Of a stretch of 64,000 bases of DNA, positions 43,421 through 56,833 are shown one piece after another. Source of the stretch: Eledone cirrhosa (Eukaryota). The stretch covers positions 188,790,001-188,854,000 of the forward strand of contig OZ024743.1 of assembly GCA_964016885.1 (NCBI GenBank). The letters are read 5' to 3'. The translations under genes were made by a program, and so were the position numbers. The notes under the pieces were generated by a model, which was not told the origin of the DNA, searched no databases, and worked only from the letters and a program-made list of their open reading frames with translations. Position 1 is the stretch's first letter. Each line of letters starts with the position of its first letter.

Positions 43421-44904
43421 CAGTCTTTTCATTCAAGAATAATATTGCAAGCATGCTAATTCTAAAAGAGATTCGTACTGAGATAAATGTTAAGCAAGCT
43501 TACTTGAATATTTGAGAAATAATGCATAAAAAAGGATGAAACTTTATTTCTTTAATCTACAAAAGAATATATAAATAGAAATCCTTATAACCAAAAATTA
43601 TAAAACTGTATAAAGTTTCTTTTTCATTAATTACAGAAAAACATTTACAATAATTAATATTTCAAACAGCAGTCACCTATGCAAACAAAAGCTAGTCTTC
43701 TAACAGAAAATATTTCTAATGTGTCAAACTACTTTTTTATCTTCAATTAATATTTCTAAAACTTAATTTTCAGCTTCATTGGTTAGTAATTGAATATTTA
43801 ATCAACAGAAAGCTATCCTTCTTTTCATATCTGTAACTGTTATGATGAAATTAATGTAAAAATGTTAACATTTTATGGTGGATCATATTTAAGGTCAAAC
43901 CAGTAAAAGTTGAGTCTATAAAGATGAACATCATTGATTCTGTCAACAATTACCATTAAAATCTATGTAATCCTTCATAATTACTTTGCTAGTGTTAAAG
44001 GAACAAACAGTCTTTAGTGAACACACAATATTTAATTTACTTTGTTTCTCTTTTATGAAAGACAAATTATCTTCATAAAATATAAGGTGTTTATATCTAA
44101 AGCAAGTTTTCATTAATTATATGGTATCAAAGCTAACCTTAGTGGAATTTGAACTCAGAACACAGAGTTGCAGCCCTTTATGTACTGGGTTTAAATCCCA
44201 CCAAGGTTTCGTCTTGCCTTTCATCCTTACGGAGTCGATAACAAAGTACCAGTAACCCACTGAGGACAATTTAATCGACTTTCCTTCCCCCAAATTGTTG
44301 TCTTTGTGCTTAAATCAGAAACGATTGATTATAGGGTAACAAATTCAGCTAGAGATAGGCTATACGTGACTGACTGGAGAATATAAGCATTCAAATAAGA
44401 AGCTGATAGTTTGTATCCTACACTAGCACTAACTAAATCATATATGTGTAGAAACAAAATTAATAAATGATCCAATCCAAAAATAAGTAAAAAATAGGAT
44501 AAGACTTACTATACCCAGCACCGAAAGCATAATAACATTGTATGTTCTTGTTTGTACAGTACTGCTGAATTTAGACCATCATAAAAATGTTAGCTTAAAA
44601 TGCTCATATTTTCAAGATACTGTATTAAGAGGTTCTCCTATGATATAACTTATTAAAAGACATGTTACAGCTACACACAAGTGTGGTGTATTATCAGGAG
44701 TGATAGAATACTTGATTAAATCCTTGGCTGTAATGGATTCCATCCTTTTATGCATTAAGTTCAGATCACAGTAGTTAGTTTTCCCTTTCACTCTTCTAGA
44801 ACTGATTAAAGATGTACCAGTAATATAATAGAAGCAGCAGAATAGCATGGACTCATTTAAACATTTATTGCAAACCACCAAAAACTTGTTTTGTTTTGAA
44901 TCAA

Positions 44905-46080
44905 ATACCCTTCTTCTTCTTCTGGCCCAAATACCGAATTGAAGATAACAAATTTAGTTTTTATACCTACCTCCATTCTTCTGATTACCAAATGCTGAAA
45001 CTGATGCATTAATGCACCAGCTCCTGTAATTCTTGCACTTAAATCAGCCTCCAGCCTTCCATCACTCATGCACATGGCTCCAAGATATTTGAACTTATCC
45101 ACTTGCTTAAGTGGAAATCCATTGACAAGAAGAGTGCACAGGCTTCCTTGAGAGGGCGAGTGTCCCAGTCATTGCAGCAGTGATTTTTCAGGCCTCTCTT
45201 AACACAAGCATCCGGCACAGAATCAAAGTGATCAGAGACAATAACAAAATCAATTGTCGATCTCTGTCCTTGATTCCCCTTATACCACATATATTTATGG
45301 ATGTCTTTGTGCTGGAAGAAGGTGATCATAATAGAGAGTCCATTCCTAGAGCAGAAGTCTAATAAAGCCTCACCATTCAGGATCAGTTTTCCTTCCAAAC
45401 ACTCTTCTCCTTGTCAGGTGGTCAGTGCCAATATGTGCATTGAATTTTCCCTTTAGGATATATGACTCAGTCTTCACTACATCCAACACTGCTGTGACTT
45501 CATCAAGGAAGGATCTGTATTCAGATTCCTTGCTTAGTGCATAAACTTGCACCATCCACAATGATCTATCTTTCAGCCTTAGCTTCAAGGGGCGGGCAAA
45601 CCCTTTCTCATAATGGGATCAAGTCTATAACACATTCTGACAGCCAGGGGCTTCTGAGTATCCCCAATTCCACATGTACAGTCATTTCTGTTGCCACATC
45701 ATAATAGGGGAGTTTCCATCCTCCATCCAACTACAGTACCAGATCCATAGAACTTTGTTGGGGAAACCATGACTAAATCTAGCTGGTAGCATCTAGCTTC
45801 TTCCACTAGTTCTTGATTCTTACCTGTAAGGGTGGTGATATTCCAGGTTCCAATTTTCAAGTTTTTCTCCCTTCCAGGCCCTTTTGAGGTTGCAGGATAT
45901 GCATCTTTGTCCATCCCAAGCCTTCTTGGACAGGTCACAGGCCCATCACCAGTTTTTACAGCATGAAATGAGGTCCACAATATATTCTTTGAACAGGCTC
46001 CTCTATCTAAGGCCTGAATGTGTCCCTTATTAACCTGTGCAAAAGACGATGCAGTATCATTTGATTTGTTACCTCTCACC
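44905..46080 (-). mobile_element. Internally deleted, decayed RTE LINE
   Basis: KIGTWNITTLTGK, VQVYA, GKFNAHIG, RSTIDFVIV (APE) joined to DKFKYLG (post-RT). Confidence 0.82.
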
Positions 46081-47439
46081 TTATTGCAGTTTTGGTGCTT
46101 TTATTCATGCCAGCCATCAATCTAGTTGTCTCTCAAATACCCAATTTTATGAAATTTCAACATGAACACAAATTAATGTTTAATTGGTTAATGTTGTACA
46201 TTCTCAGAAGGCATCCTTTTGCTAATTAATGTTTCAAATTTGTCAAGATCTGGGAAGAAGCATTAAAAATATAATAGCTATGGGACTTGTAGATTACTGA
46301 TTCAAACTTTGCAGAATGTATCAGGGATAGCATACTGTGTGAAAGTAATAGTTAAATACATAGTAATAACTGAACTTTGATTCCCAATTGATATACTGTA
46401 GTTCATTTTACATCTTTTATTCGCGATTTATATATCTAGTTGTCTTTAGAAAGATGGAGACTATTAATCTGATTTGTTTGCATCACAGAAAATAAAGAAA
46501 CATACTCTAGTATTGGCACTATGTGTCCTGAATAGTTACAAAGTGTTTTCCTTCATTATATCCAATGTGTATGTATATATATATATATCATCATCATTGT
46601 TTTATGTCCATTTTCTATGACGGCATGGGTAGAGTGGACTATCCCTTTGTGAGAGATCAGATTGGATGACCATGTTTCATTCAAATCAAACAGGGCTGAT
46701 TTTGGCCTGGTTTCTACAGCTGGATGCACTTCCTAATTACTGCATTACAATATATATATATATACACACACTAGACAAATCCAGGTGATTCTCCTTTGGA
46801 GAATGCTTTCTGTACTAGGCAATAGATAGATAGATAGGAATACATAGAGATAGAAAGAATAATACATAGATAAGTACAAATCAATGTGTGTGTGTGTTGT
46901 AGACACTAGTGTTTTATTTTGATGTCATTTCTCGCAAAAGCAGTTACCACAACATTGATAAATATAAAGATTGGAATACATAGAGATAGAAAGAGTAATA
47001 CATAATTAGATACAACTCAGTTTGGGTGTATGTGTTGTAGAAGATAAGGTATTATTTGGCTGTCATTTCTAGCAAGACAGATTACCACAACAAAGCTCTT
47101 TGCACCATGAATGACATACAAATATAAACGGCCAACCACAGAGACTCTAAGAAGTGCTTGCACACACATATGCTGTAATGACTGCAGCATTATACTTTGC
47201 TGTCTATCTAATCTCTTTCTGTAACTCTTTCCCTTTGTTACCCATATGTAATGTCTCCTCCTATTGGGGAAAATCGACTAATTTTTAAATTGCATTTGTG
47301 ATAATATTTTACACGTTTTTATTCTATGTAAACTTCCCCCTTTGTATTTGTCCCCTTCTTTTGTGCCCCTGTGGCTAATAAAGAAACATATCTATATATA
47401 ATATAACCACACACACACACTCTCTCTCTATATATATAT

Positions 47440-50100
47440 ATATAACACATCCTCGATGTAATTGCCTAAAGAATGAAAAATATAATACTAAATTAATTTA
47501 ACAATAACCTCGCTTCAGAATATTATATTCAATATCATACAACTCATAATATTGATAAAATTTCTACAGAACTTCCTCATAAACAATGTTTTTAACTTTT
47601 TCATCTTTTCTGTGATAATAAAGATTATTAGAATCTCCCAATCTTGAAAGTGATACATATAGTTTGTCCATGAGAAAATACTTCTTTTTTAAGATTGATA
47701 TCAACTTTTGTTAAATGTTTGACCTCACTGGCTCCTCTGCAAGTAATTTAATACTTGGTAATAATACTAATTCATATTTACACTTTCCATTTAGTATTTT
47801 TGCTTCAATTACATAATTTGTAAGGTATTCTATTATTAACCTCATTCCGTTGCATAACTTTGGATGTTGTAAATTTCTCAATAGAATATTTGGAGCTCAT
47901 TTCTTCAAATTCAATTTATGTAGTGGAAATCCTGATAATTCTGGAAAGTCTACTGCTTCATTTGCATCCACTTCTTGATCTATATAATTGTAGGTTCTTA
48001 ATCAATATTCTTCTATTTTGTTAAGTAATTGCATATCAATAGCATCAAAGTCTTCATTTTTAGCAGCTAAAACTATTCTTTCTGACATCCATTAGTGTAA
48101 TTAATTGCAATGTCCTCAAAGATAAATGTTTCTGAATCAAATTCATTCTCAACTTTATTTCCCACTGGTAATAATATCATGTGATTGTCCTCACTTGAGA
48201 TCCTTTTTTCTCCTATTTCTAATAGTTAATTTGCAAAGTCCTGTAACTCATTATTTATGAAGATAACCACACTCATAATAATTCTTAATGACAATTTGTG
48301 AAATAATGACCATAGATGTGATGCCTTGATTGATACATCTATTTCATCAGCTTTTGTACCTTTTGCTATTAGTGGAAGTATTTGTCTAAAATCACCAGCC
48401 AGTAAAAGAATAATACTATAATAGGTAAATTTTTGTTTTAATCTCTTTCAATGTTTCATCAATAGCATCTAAAATCTTTTTGTATGACATTGTAACTTCA
48501 TCCCATACTAATAAATTACTATTTTCTAAAGTTATTCAAATTCGACTATTTTTTCCTACTTGATGTTGTAAATTCATCAAGTATTGATTATGAAAATGGT
48601 AATTTAAACATTGAATAACTGTTTTTATCTATTAAAGTTGTCACTATTCCTGAAGAAGCAATGGCTATACTAATATAACCATTCATTTTATTTTTTGCTA
48701 GTAAATGATTGATCAAAAATGTTTATCCAACTCAACCTCGGGCATCAAAAATGTATAATCTTTGTTCATTTCTATTAATTGATTGTTGTGTAAATATGTT
48801 TGTTCTTCATTCACAACGGTTCATTCACTTGTACACAATTTCTTATTTCTAATTGTTTATTTACTGTTTCAATATTGTTTACTTCTAGTTCTCGATAAAT
48901 TGGTTCAGGTTGTCCTATTTCAAACAAAGTCTTTTGTCCTATTTCATGCAAAAAAGCTTCAAGTTTGTGTAAAGCTTCACTGTATAATATTTCTTCATCA
49001 TTTGTTTTCTTCTTCTTGATTGTTTGTCAATCGATTTAGAATGTCAATTGGCACTGGTTGTTTAAATTCTTCATGTCATGTTACTGGATCAGAAGGATTG
49101 CACTAAATAAGAATTATTACATATAAGTATCTCACTTGGCATGGTAATTTTATGGAAACAGTTTCTCTAAGTGCTATTTTTAGATGATTGTCATCTTCTA
49201 GCAATCCCCTTGCCAAAATTGCTTCTATAAATGTATTATAGACACTACCCTCATGTGTTTTTACCTTGTCTTTGAATGCTTTTGGACTTCTAACTACGTT
49301 CAGCAATAATCTCAGACAATAGCATTCTGTTTAATTAGGTGGTACAGAGTAATTTCTAGAATATGTTAGCACAAATCTACCATTCAATCTTCTTTTCCAT
49401 GTTTTATTCATTGCATGAATCCTGATAGAGATATTGATTCACCAACTCCAAAAGATGTCATTGAAAACAATTCATTATATTTTTTGATATTGTTAAAGAA
49501 GTTTCTGGAAACTTGAGTGTATTTAAAGGTTTGGGTAGTCTGTCCACCAAACTCAATTAATTTTCCCACATGAATAATATAATTCCTTAGGTTCATCATT
49601 AAATAGTTTTGCATAATACCTACAAACTAATAAAATTGTTTTTAATTTGATAGATTATCAATTTTTAGTTGGGTCATATTCAAATGCTGCATTTGTAAAT
49701 GATTTAACTGAACTACATAGTTCAGCATATCTTAATCTTCTTCTGATACAATTTCTTGTTCCTCCCTAATCTGAGAATTTCTTGCTTCAATGTGAGAAAT
49801 TCTAGTTTCTTCTCTAATTTCACCCCTTCATTTTTGTGTCAAATTTTCTCTCAACTTTTGATGAGCCAATCTGTTTTCTTCTCTAATTTCATATTTTCTT
49901 TGAATAGAGCATCTTTTCCATCTTTGATACTCCCGATTTCTTGCTCTCTGAATTACTCTCTCTTCTTCACTCATTTCATTTCTGTTTTGGCGTTTTCTTG
50001 CTGAGTCATTTAAATGTTTTCTTATATCATTATCTATTAAATTAATATTATTGTTGTTTAAGTTATTAGTTGCCTTATTTAGGTTTTGTTTACTAATGAT
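47440..50100 (-). mobile_element. Decayed Helitron RepHel (PIF1-type helicase)
   Basis: FFNNIKKYNELFSMTSFG, RGLLEDD, VWDEVTM, LAGDFRQILP, LAAKNE, LCNGMR, FSHG remnants, broken by many stops and frameshifts. Confidence 0.88.
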
Positions 50101-50116
50101 GAAAGGGTTATCATTG

Positions 50117-50310
50117 ATTGGCAGTATCGGTAGAGAGTCGGACACCATGCTTTAAAGCATAGAGTTACGTCCCTTTATGATCAGAGTTCAAATCCTGCTG
50201 AGGTTAACTTTGCCTTTCATCCTTACTGGGTCGATAACATAAAGTACCAGTAATGTACTTTTTTGCTGTACTTAATTGCTGGCTTTGTGCCTAAAATAGA
50301 AACAATTATT
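50117..50310 (+). mobile_element. tRNA-derived SINE (Meta-SINE-like core)
   Basis: Same family as 29670-30042; other partial copies near 3360-3545, 44130-44330 and 53870-53990. Confidence 0.85.
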
Positions 50311-50565
50311 ATGAGCCCTATTAATATTTTCTGAAGTGACACTATTGTTAAATGAATTTGTTTTTTTTTGGCTTCCATGGAGAAAAAGTATGGCAGACGA
50401 AAAAGAGTAAAATGAAATAAGAAAGTTGTGGAGAAGAGGGAATAGAGTGGTCCAGTTGTTCGAACAACGGAACACCCTGATCATGAAATTAATGCACAAA
50501 TGACTAAGTTTTCTACAGACACGTTCAGTCTTAGTGAACTTTTGCCAGGTATTGAACTCACAACG

Positions 50566-50630
<65 letters not shown>

Positions 50631-51036
50631 TAATATAAGATCAAAAGATGGTTAAGGAGTTCCATGTATTTTATTATGCGCATTTCAAAAACAAACATCA
50701 TCATGCAATAATATTTGTGTTTTCATCAGATAAAACAGGAGAACATGATATGAAGGCTAAAAAACACTTGTGGATAGTGCAGTTTTAAAAAAACTGCACT
50801 ATCCACAAGTGTTTTTTAGCCTTCATATCATGTTCTCCTGTTCTATCTGATGAAAACACAAATATTATTGCATGATGATGTTTGTTTTTGAAATGCGCAT
50901 AATAAAATACATGGAACTCCTTTAACCATCTTTTGATCTTATATTATGTATACTCCAGTCCTACAAACTGTAGAGTGCTTCTTATCCGATATCTGCATTG
51001 CTTTATTGTACTACAATAAAACTCACCTCCTACATT
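50631..51036. mobile_element. Near-perfect palindromic hammerhead element with a 3' tail
   Basis: About 155-bp inverted arms centred near 50786, then a tail of about 90 nt; (TA)n on both sides. Confidence 0.92.
50840..50908 (+). ncRNA. Type I hammerhead ribozyme
   Basis: ttctat CTGATGA aaac acaaatattatt gcat gatgatgtttgt tttt GAAA tgcgca TA ataaaa; palindromic stem III. Confidence 0.82.
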
Positions 51037-51054
51037 ATATATATATATATATTA

Positions 51055-51309
51055 ATTTATTAAAATAACAGATTAAAGTTTAAGCAAAGAATCGCTGCTT
51101 TCACCCTTAACGGGATCTTCTGAAACTAACAAAGTAGGACTTTGTTAGTTTCAGAAGATCCCGTTAAGGGTGAAAGCAGCGATTCTTTGCTTAAAGTTTA
51201 ATCTGTTATTTTAATAAATATTTGCTCTATGGTTCTTATATATTTTATATATATTTATCCTTATCGAGCCCTCTTTGGATTTTAGTCTTCAAATTTATTA
51301 TTATTACTA
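51055..51309. mobile_element. Palindromic element with a variant hammerhead and 3' tail
   Basis: About 81-bp arms centred near 51137 plus a tail of about 90 nt; same family as 3974-6510. Confidence 0.9.
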
Positions 51310-51334
51310 TATATATATATATATATATACATAC

Positions 51335-52070
51335 GATTTCGCTTCAAGCATAGCTTATACACATATGTATAAAAATGTTGTATTTCTAAAGAAACATGGT
51401 ATGTTTACAGGAAACATTTAGGAAGCTGTAGCTATGCAAACTGGTATCCAGCAGAAGCAAGGGGGACAACTGTCTATGCATTTCAGGCTTGACTAGCCTT
51501 CAACATGACGGGCCCTCCCACCGCTTGCAACTGCTGGACTTAAGAACAGTCGAGAATATATAGTTTTCTCATCTGTGTAAATGAGGTGATTAATCTCATT
51601 TGCATATGAAGCTGCATAAGTTGGCTCAACTTATAATAGAATAGAAATAAGATTTCGCTTCAAGCATAGCTTATACAGATATGTATAGAAATTTCGTATT
51701 TCTAAAGAAACACGGTATGTTTACAGTATGTTTAAGAAGCCATAGCTATGCAAACACCGGGGCTAACACCCTCTGGTGGTGTCCAGCAGAACCAAGGGGA
51801 CAATGGTCTATGTATTTCAGGCTTGATGGACCGTCCTGATGAAGGCCAGATGAGAAAACTATATATTCTTGACTGTTCTCAAGTCCATCAGTTGCAAGCG
51901 GTGGGAGGGACCGTTCTGATGAAGGCCAGTCAAGCCTGAAATGCATAGACGGTTTTTCTCCCTTGCTTCTGCTGGACACCACCAGAGGGCGTTAGCCCTG
52001 CTGATTGCATAGCTATGGCTTTCTAAATGTTTCCTGTAAACATACCGTGTTTCTTTAGAATACAAAATTT
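51335..52070. mobile_element. Retrozyme-like element: about 316-bp tandem unit plus inverted arm
   Basis: gatttcgcttcaagcatagc at 51335 and 51651; inverted copy about 51847-52070 with an intact hammerhead. Confidence 0.85.
51910..51953 (+). ncRNA. Minimal type I hammerhead ribozyme
   Basis: accgtt CTGATGA aggc cagtcaa gcct GAAA tgca TA gacggt; all three stems pair. Confidence 0.88.
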
Positions 52071-53053
52071 ATATATATATATATATATATATATTTGTTA
52101 TGTATATTTTATCAACTATATATTGTTCATAAAATAAACAAAACAAAATATATTTATATATGCCTAAAGGATGAGGCTGGCAATGTATGATTATTGACTT
52201 CATACGTCTTCTCTCATTAAAAAGAGCATTCACGTTTTGTTTATTTTTGTATTTGTTCTACAGTAAATCTTAGCAGACGGCAATTACTTGTGTGTGTATA
52301 TATAGGTTTCTGCACGCCAGTAATCATATCGTACAGTAAATCCCAGCAGACAATTCCTTGTAATTACTTTTAATTCTTTCCACTTTGACTAGAATCATCT
52401 TTGAGGGTGCCCGGTGTTAGAAAGAGCAGCCAAATCTTCTTTATACTCATCCTTGGGAAGTCTCATCTTTCTCAATGAAGATCTTCGAATTGTTTGACAG
52501 ACTAAATGACTGAAATAACGTATAAATGGCTGAGAATTCAACAGACATATGAACACAATGCAATTTTTAAGCTGAATTATTAAACAGAGATATAGAGAGA
52601 GATGTGTTCACTCAATATTTTAGCAAGACTAACATTATCTGTTGTAATGTGCGATAAAAAACCAACATTTATAATAAAAATAAAATTCAGAAAAGAGCCC
52701 AAAACAAATTTTTTTAATTTGTTTAAAAACAGCGGCGACAATTTCTACACCCATAAAAGGTATGTGTGCCTATCAATGTTTGTCTATGTATATAAACAAA
52801 CTCCATTGTCTTCGCTGGGAGAATGAGTATATATATATATATAAAATTACATACACTTTTATTTTCAATTGAATTAATATCATTATTATTATATATAATA
52901 TTTACATTCAAGTAAAAACTTGCACTGAAAACACTTTTTAAATTGCATTTGTTGAAGATGAACTCAATGTGCCTGTGCTAACTACTTGGAAGTGGACTGA
53001 CAGACGGACACAAAATTGAAATTATTAGTAAGATATATGTATGTATGTAAGTG

Positions 53054-53097
<44 letters not shown>

Positions 53098-53100
<3 letters not shown>

Positions 53101-53560
53101 GTCGTTTTGGAAGCCACAACAAGGCAGATGGATAAATCTCCGGGTAACAAAATCAGGTGGTATTGAGATGAGAGAGCGAGAAGTAGGAGGAAGCATAGAA
53201 AGAGATGTAGAGAGCATAAAAGAAAGGTGTAAAAAGATAAGAGATAGAGTTACCTCGGAAGCAATTTATTAGTCCCTATATTTTGGATTTCGCATCCATT
53301 AACAGGGGCGTTTTCCTTCACTGAGCGGCTTCCAAGAAAAGTAACAGGACTTAGTGTGCTGTATGAGCTATGATCGGGGTAGGGTTTAGTGGGTTGTATG
53401 ACATGATATCTGAGGAGTATGTAACTGTGAGCCATTGTATGCCTTTATGTGCTTTTGTTAATAGCTCCTCAATTTTAGGTCATCGAGCAATGAACCACCT
53501 TGAAGTTTCTGGTCTGGCTGGGGAAAATTCAGTTAGTAGCACTCAGAATACTTAAGCAAG
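53098..53560 (-). mobile_element. Old PLE-like 3' end with a degenerate hammerhead
   Basis: Homologous to 56208-56430; combined consensus ccc CWGTTRA t ggat gyga atcc GAAA tata TA gggac. Confidence 0.55.
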
Positions 53561-54651
53561 TGTATGGAAATAAGTGTATCTCTATAGCTAAATCTGATAT
53601 AGAAAAATATAATTAAAAGGTTTATATTGCTCAATATGACTTTCCTTTTTCAAGATGGTAGGGTGTAATTAAAGAGAGAATTGCTTGCTATTTCTAGCAG
53701 ATTGAATGATTACACACACACACAGACATATATATATCCCCACTTCCACTGGTACGCCCCAACAACTATCCCTACTACCACTGCACCTCCTTCCCCACCA
53801 TACTCCCTCAAGTACCACAACTTATCTACTCTTCCTGCTCTAAAGCCCTTAGATACTATCATTATTGCACATTGAGTTCAAATCCCGCCAAAGTTAACTT
53901 TGCCTTTCATCCTTACGGGGTCGATAAAATAAAGTACCAGTAATGCACTGGAATAATTGCTGGCCTTGTGACAAAAGTAGAAACAATTATTGCACCTTAA
54001 CTACTCTCTTTACCCCTTTTGCACCCGTCCACTGCCACCCCCTTAGCTATTTTCCCATCATTACCACCCCCCGCACACTACTGATCACAACATCTGCACA
54101 CCTCACACTACTACATCCCTTCTCCCTATATACTATCAGTCACACCCCTACCCATCAACACATTTACCATACACCTGTAACATCATACATATCTCCCTCC
54201 CTATCGCCCTCACCCCCACAGAGCAGACAGGACTGTTCAGGTCAGACTATAACCAACAACCTCTCTAGTGATGATAAGTTAGTTGGTGACAAGCACTATA
54301 GAAACCAGTCCTAAAAGAGTTAAGAGAACTCCTCAGCTGTGTCAAGGATATGACAACCTCCCTAGTGTTTATGATCTACACATTAATTAAACCCAGTACA
54401 TGCTATCAAGTGGTTGCTGATAGGATGGACATAGACTGATGAAGACCCATTCAACCCTTGCTAATAGGGACGTCAAATGACGATATATATAGACAGTCCT
54501 ATGCGAGCAAGACAACCACTCTTGCCTCAAGTGGGAAAACTCCCGTCCAAACCCATGCAAGCGTGGAACATGGACGTTAAACGATGATGATGATGATATA
54601 TATATATATATATATAAATTTAAAAGATACCAAAGATTTCAAGCATTTTTT

Positions 54652-54701
54652 AACTAACAGCTATTTCTGCCTATGTAACAATTATCGGTTTCTTCAGAAT
54701 T
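54652..54701 (-). ncRNA. Candidate hammerhead in an insert of about 100 bp in (TA)n
   Basis: aatt CTGAAGA aaccgat..ataggca GAAA tagctg TT agtt. Confidence 0.6.
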
Positions 54702-56207
54702 TATTAAAATGCTTATTATATATATATAATAGTAGGAGACACATCTAGAATCAAGTAGTTGTGAAGAAAACTGTTTAACCACCCAGCTATGCTTGTACTG
54801 ATATAATTATTTATTCAAACATATTACTGGATGTTTTTGTTGTATAGCTTCAGTTTAGCCCTGACTGATGGAAACTATAACCAAAGACTTTCCATCCCTT
54901 AATATACTATCCTATCTTCATATATTGCATTTGCTTAATTCAACATGTCCTTCTTTGTTTAAGATAATAGGTTATAAGTTGAGGGGGATTAGGCTGAATT
55001 TTCTGGCTTGTTACTTGTTGTTTTGATTACTTTGTTGTGAAACAATTGGGAAAGAATGGTTTCATGTTTTATATATATGTAATTTGACTGCTCTCAATTC
55101 AAATATTCTATGTCATTTCTAACAGTATATGGCAAAATTGCAAAAAGCATTTTCAAATATCTGTTTTTTTTAATTATGACTTAAGGAGAAAAGTAACGTT
55201 AGAACCTATGATATTTGCAGGATCTTCTGTACTGATGGGAATATACCACAACATAGAGTGAAAAATTGATTGAAATGATTCCCACAGATAGAACTCTACT
55301 GAAACTACTCAAAGTTATCATAGCTTTCCAAGCGTTGGGATGAATTAAGTCTACTGCCCCAAAATATGTAGATTGTGCAGTTTCATCCACCCAATATCAC
55401 TCACGTTATTTTAGTGGATTTGGATCTATGGTAATAAAATCACCACTTAGATAAAATGTTTCAGAGAGAGACTGTCAGAGTTAAAGATATTTAACATTAT
55501 GCTCGTTGTTAATTTCTGCATGAGCAACATATTTTAAATTCTAAATATTCACATTAACTCTTTAGCATTTACATTACTCTTTATTTACTACTATATTTTC
55601 ATGATAAAGGCTTTACCTCACATAATTATCTCACATAATATCGAATCAATGATATTTTGATATTTCTTTTGAGAACAATACCTTAACTTCAGTATGAGCA
55701 GCCTGTTACAGTTGGTTTGAACAAAAGGAGGTGAGAGAATTCTGGCCAGATATGGCTGGTTTAAATGATAAAGGGTTAATAGACGATTATTTTCTGCAGT
55801 ACCTTTCAAGGTCATTAAAAGATTTACTAATTAAAATAGTCAATTTACAGATGCATAAATACAAGCTTCCTGAATTAATAGCGATTTCTTATCTTCTTGA
55901 AATAAATATTGATTATTCCTAACAATAGAAACACATATACGCGTATGCATCATATTTTGTTCACAATATTCTCAAATTAATAAACTAGGAGAAATTTATA
56001 GAGATTCTAAACTTATTTAACTAATTTTACTGATGGCAACTATCTTTAATTTCCTTATAGTGTGGAGTTTCTTTTTGATGTTTTTCTTTATAATTTCATA
56101 AGAGTTCTCAATACAAATTAATGATGGAATATTTGATATATAATATTTCCTCATCATATATAATATATATATATAAATAAATACACACACATATATATAT
56201 ATAACTT

Positions 56208-56430
56208 TAAGTCGTTTGGAAGCCTCGACAATGCAGATGGGTAAATCTCCGGGTAACAAGATCCGGTGGTGGAGAGAGAGATGTAAGTGGGTGTATAAGA
56301 CGTGGAGAGGAATGAAGGAAAGAGCGTAAAGGATAAAAATAAAAATAACAACACGAGAAAGAGTTACCTTGGGAGAGATTTAATTGTCCCTATATATTTC
56401 GGATTCACATCCATCAACTGGGTTGTTTTC
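56208..56430 (-). mobile_element. Second copy of the 53098 family 3' end
   Basis: Shared gtcgtttggaagcc...aaatctccgggtaacaa...gagttacct...gtccctata. Confidence 0.65.
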
Positions 56431-56638
56431 CGGTGGGGGGGGGGTTGTCTGTCGGAAAGGTGCGAAACGTGTCCTCCGCTGTTCGTTGATTTAAATATCT
56501 GAGGTATTCAGCAGAGCGCGCGTGTGCGTGAAATGGGGTCAGGCAGACAGAGGTCAGCGGCCGAAGTAGTTCTTTCAATTGTGGGAGTGGGGTGGCGCTA
56601 GCTGTCAGTCCATTCCCTGCCTGTTTGGTGAATGTTAC

Positions 56639-56669
<31 letters not shown>

Positions 56670-56833
56670 GTTGTTGTCTCGCTTGAGTGTGTGTGTGCGT
56701 GTGTGTGTTGTTGCCTTGTTCCTCTGTATTGGCAGTGTAGTAAGTTCGTATGGTGGAATGCTACTGTGTGTGTGCGTGTGTTACTGTCTCGCTTGTGTGT
56801 GTGTGTGCGTGTGTTGCTGCATCGTTTGTTAAC

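Noticed and set aside
54260-54322. GTGATGA..GAAA ccag TC as a hammerhead
   Set aside because: The core is mutated and stems I and II pair poorly; not distinguishable from chance
55199-55390. 63-aa ORF in unique-looking sequence
   Set aside because: No recognisable domain or convincing splice context
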